This document shows, one piece after another, positions 60,275 to 64,000 of a DNA stretch of 64,000 nucleotides. Both the position numbers and the translations under genes were made by a program. Numbering within the stretch: the stretch's first letter is position 1; the number at the start of each line of letters is the position of its first letter. The DNA lies in contig OZ024766.1 in the NCBI GenBank assembly GCA_964016885.1, positions 14,384,001 through 14,448,000 of the forward strand, read 5' to 3'. Source of the DNA: Eledone cirrhosa (taxonomy: Eukaryota). The notes beneath the pieces were generated by a model. That model ran no database searches. It worked only from the letters and a program-made list of their open reading frames with translations, and was not told the origin of the DNA.

Positions 60275-62420
60275 TACCCCGTCTACACTGTAAAGTTGTC
60301 ATGTTGGTGACATGATAGTGCCCAGTCCACACAGTAAAGTAGTCATGTTGGTGCCATGATAGTGCCCAGTCCACACTGTAAAGTAGTCATGTTGGTGCCA
60401 TGATAGTACCCAGTCCACACTGTAAAGTAGTCATGTTGGTGCATGATAGTACCCAGTCCACACTGTAAAGTAGTCATGTTGGTACCATGATAGTACCCAG
60501 TCCACACTGTAAAGTTGTCATGTTGGTGCCATGATAGTGCCCAGTCCACACTGTAAAGTAGTCATGTTGGTACCATGATAGTACCCAGTCCACTCTGTAA
60601 AGTAGACATGTTGGTGCCATGATAGTGCTCAGTCCACACTGTAAAGTAGTCATGTTGGTGCCATGATAGTACCCAGTCCACACTGTAAAGTAGTCATGTT
60701 GGTGCAATGATAGTACCCAGTCCACACTGTAAAGTAGACATGTTGGTGCAATGATAGTATCCAGCCCACACTGTAAAGTAGTCATGTTGGTGCCATGATA
60801 GCACCCAGTCCACACTGTAAAGTATTCACGTTGGTGCCATAATAGTGCCCAGTCCACACTGTAAAGTAGTCATGTTGGTGCCATAATAGTGCCCAGCCCA
60901 CACTGTAAAGTAGTCATGTTGGTGCCATGATAGCACCCAGTCCACACTGTAAAGTATTCACGTTGGTGCCATAATAGTGCCCAGTCCACACTGTAAAGTA
61001 GTCATATTGGTGCCATGATAGTACCCAGTCCACACTGTAAAGTAGACATGTTGGTGCCATGATAGTACCCAGTCCACACTGTAAAGTAGTCATGTTGGTG
61101 CCATGGTAGTGCCCAGTCCACACTGTAATGTAGTCATGTTGGTGCCATGATAGTGCCCAGTCCACACTGTAAAGTAGTCATGTTGGTGCCATGATAGTGC
61201 CCAGTCCACACTGTAAAGTAGTCATGTTGGTGCCATGATAGTACCCAGTCCACACTGTAAAGTAGTCATGTTGGTGCCATGATAGTGCCCAGTCCACACT
61301 GTAAAGTAGTCATGTTGGTGCCATGATAGTACCCAGTCCACACTGTAAAGTAGTCATATTGGTGCCATGATAGTACCCAGTCCACACTGTGAAGTAGTCA
61401 TGTTGGTGCCATGATAGTGCCCAGTCCACACTGTAAAGTAGTCATGTTGGTGCCATGATAGTGCCCAGTCCACACTGTAAAGTAGTCATGTTGGTCCCAT
61501 GAGAGTGCCCAGTCCACACTGTAAAGTAGTCATGTTGGTGCCATGATAGTGCCCAGTCCACACTGTAAAGTAGTCATGTTGGTGCCATGATAGTGCCCAG
61601 TCCACACTGTAAAGTAGTCATGTTGGTGCCATGATAGTGCCCAGTCCACACTGTAAAGTAGTCATGTTGGTGCCATGATAGTGCCCAGTCCACACTGTGA
61701 AGTAGTCATGTTGGTGCCATGATAGTACCCAGTCCACACTGTAAAGTAGTCATGTTGGTGCCATGATAGTGCCCAGTCCACACTGTGAAGTAGTCATGTT
61801 GGTGCCATGATAGTGACCAGTCTACAATGTGAAGTAGTCATGTTGGTGCCATGATAGTGCCCAGTCCACACTGTGAAGTAGTCATGTTGGTGCCATGATA
61901 GTGCCCAGTCCACAATGTGAAGTAGTCATGTTGGTGCCATGATAGTGCCCAGTCCACACTGTGAAGTAGTCATGTTGGTGCCATGATAGTGCCCAGTCCA
62001 CACTGTGAAGTAGTCATGTTGGTGCCATGATAGTACCCAGCCCACACTGTAAAGTAGTCATTTTGGTGCCATGATAGTACCCAGTCCACACTGTAAAGTA
62101 GTCATGTTGGTGCCATGATAGTACCAAGTCCACACTGTAAAGTAGTCATGTTGGTGCCATGATATTATTCAGTCCACACTGTAAAGTAGTCATGTTGGTG
62201 CCAGGATAGTACCCAGTCCACACTGTAAAGTAGTCATGTTGGTGATACCGCAGAAAGCACCCAGTACACACTGCAAATGTAGTTGGCGTTATGAAGGGCA
62301 TCCAGTCATGGAAACCGAGACCCGGTCATCTGATCTGAATTGTCTCACAATAGGACAACTCATCTAACCCATGCTAGCATGGAAAAATGGACGTTAAACA
62401 GTGATGATGATGATTATGAT
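60275..62420 (+). repeat. 44-bp minisatellite (~44 copies) running into an RTE/SINE 3' tail
   Basis: Unit gtcatgttggtgccatgatagtgcccagtccacactgtaaagta; continues as agcacccagtacacactg...gaagggcatccag...(GAT)n. Confidence 0.95.
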
Positions 62421-64000
62421 GTTGAAAGTCTACGGTGCTGAGACCACAAATCAAGGGAGTAGTCTATGTGAAAAAGTAGAGTGGGTATAGAGGAAGGTAA
62501 AAACATACCTGAGACATGAGTGTGTAACCTAGTAGTTAGTGACTTTATAGTTATGTCTAGAGGAACTCAGAGACAGAGGGCAACCTGGAGAAGAAGAATA
62601 TGGAAGATAAAGGAGCCCTCAGCCAGTAACAAATTTAGAGATATTTTGTTTGACACTTTTCACAGTAAAGAAGAAGATATAGAGACTCAGAAGATAGAGG
62701 AGGTGTTGGTGTTATATATATGTATGCTCTGATGGATGAGCAGCATTAGGAAACTGAGGGAATAAGTTGCTATAAGAGAAAGTAGATGTAGTGTGCTAGA
62801 GAGAAGACTACGTTGGTATGGACATGTGATGTGTATGAAAGATAGCAGCTGCATAAAGAAATGGAGAAAAACTGATGTGGTTAGGACCATTGGAAGAGGC
62901 AGACCCAGGAAGACATGGGATGAGTGTGTGAAGACCTTAAAAGACATCACAACAGAAATGACAAAGGACCACAAGAGCTGGCACTATGTTATGATAGTGA
63001 AGACCTGGTCAACAGCATACAGTGGCCTGACCTATCCCCTTATCTTCCCTCTCCCTAGCACACCCGAACAGGTATTTCTCACTACACCACCCCAACTCCT
63101 TATCTGCTGCCCCTTCAAAACCTCTAGAATCCCTCACAGTTCACAATCTAGTAGACACTCCCCTCACTGTTATGTTCTCCATCCATGCCCCCTCCACTAG
63201 TACTCCCTAGCAGCTCCCCTCATCTCCACTAAATACCCTCACTCCATCCATGCCCCCTCCACTAGTACTCCCTAGCAGCTCTCCTCATCTCCACTAAGTA
63301 CCCCCACTCCATCCATGCCACCTCCCTCTAGTATTTATCCCTTAGCTTCTGTCTCCCCCACTATAAACCCTTAGAACCCTTCACTATCACACCTTAGTAG
63401 CTACCATGCCCCCTTCCCTATCCCTCTGCTATTCTCTCCATCACTACACCTCCCCGTTTCTGACATCGCTGTTCTCATCTTCATGGAGAAAGACAGGAGA
63501 CAGCTGAAGAGGACCCTTCAGTGGTGTCAAAGACAGGACAATGTTCCTAGTGTTGGTGATCTACAAGATAAACACACCCACTACATGCTATAAAGTTGGT
63601 GCTAGGAAGGGTATCCAGCCATAGAAAGCTTGCCATACAAAGTGCTGGGAGGACCCTTCACTTGTGTTAAAGATATGAAAACCTCTCCTGTGCACTTGAT
63701 AGTATGTGAGATCATACATAAGAGAGATAACAGACTCCTAACCATCCTGGAAGGTCAGCAGCCATGCATCAGTACTGACTTAGTCTATCTATACCCATCT
63801 ATCCCTTACTAGCAAGGTAAGCAGACATTAAAACTATGATGATGATGATAATATATGTATATGTGTGTGTAGTGAAAGAAATGTTTTCCCACAGTCTTCT
63901 CTTATGGACATGGCCACCAAAAAGTGACTTGTGACCTTGCAGAGAAGACAACAGTTCAATTTTCTGGAGGCTAGGTTTACAGCACCATTCCTACAAAGGA

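Overview
AT-rich, repeat-dense animal genomic DNA, most likely from a coleoid cephalopod (Octopus-like; inferred from the C2H2 linker style EKPYHCDIC and the RTE/SINE families, not from a database search). The left half (about 1.4-31.2 kb) holds a minus-strand intron-exon gene encoding an F-type lectin (fucolectin/F5-8C-like) domain plus laminin/MEGF-type EGF repeats on symmetric phase-1 exons. Eight exons are intact and at least six EGF exon copies are disabled by splice-site loss or frameshift. The introns and the right half are filled with RTE LINEs (two near full-length), SINEs, hAT, piggyBac-like and Tc1/pogo MITEs, a decayed Gypsy element, a solo LTR, Penelope-like relics, a C2H2-ZNF pseudogene and many minisatellites, several visibly derived from transposon sequence. 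The signal not explained by any ORF is a set of at least six type I hammerhead-ribozyme-like folds of four distinct architectures: 13416-13539, 14532-14584, 31336-31431, 36098-36193, 52006-52070 and 53158-53222. These include a same-strand tandem pair whose cleavage sites are 1152 nt apart. All folds and alignments were done by eye.
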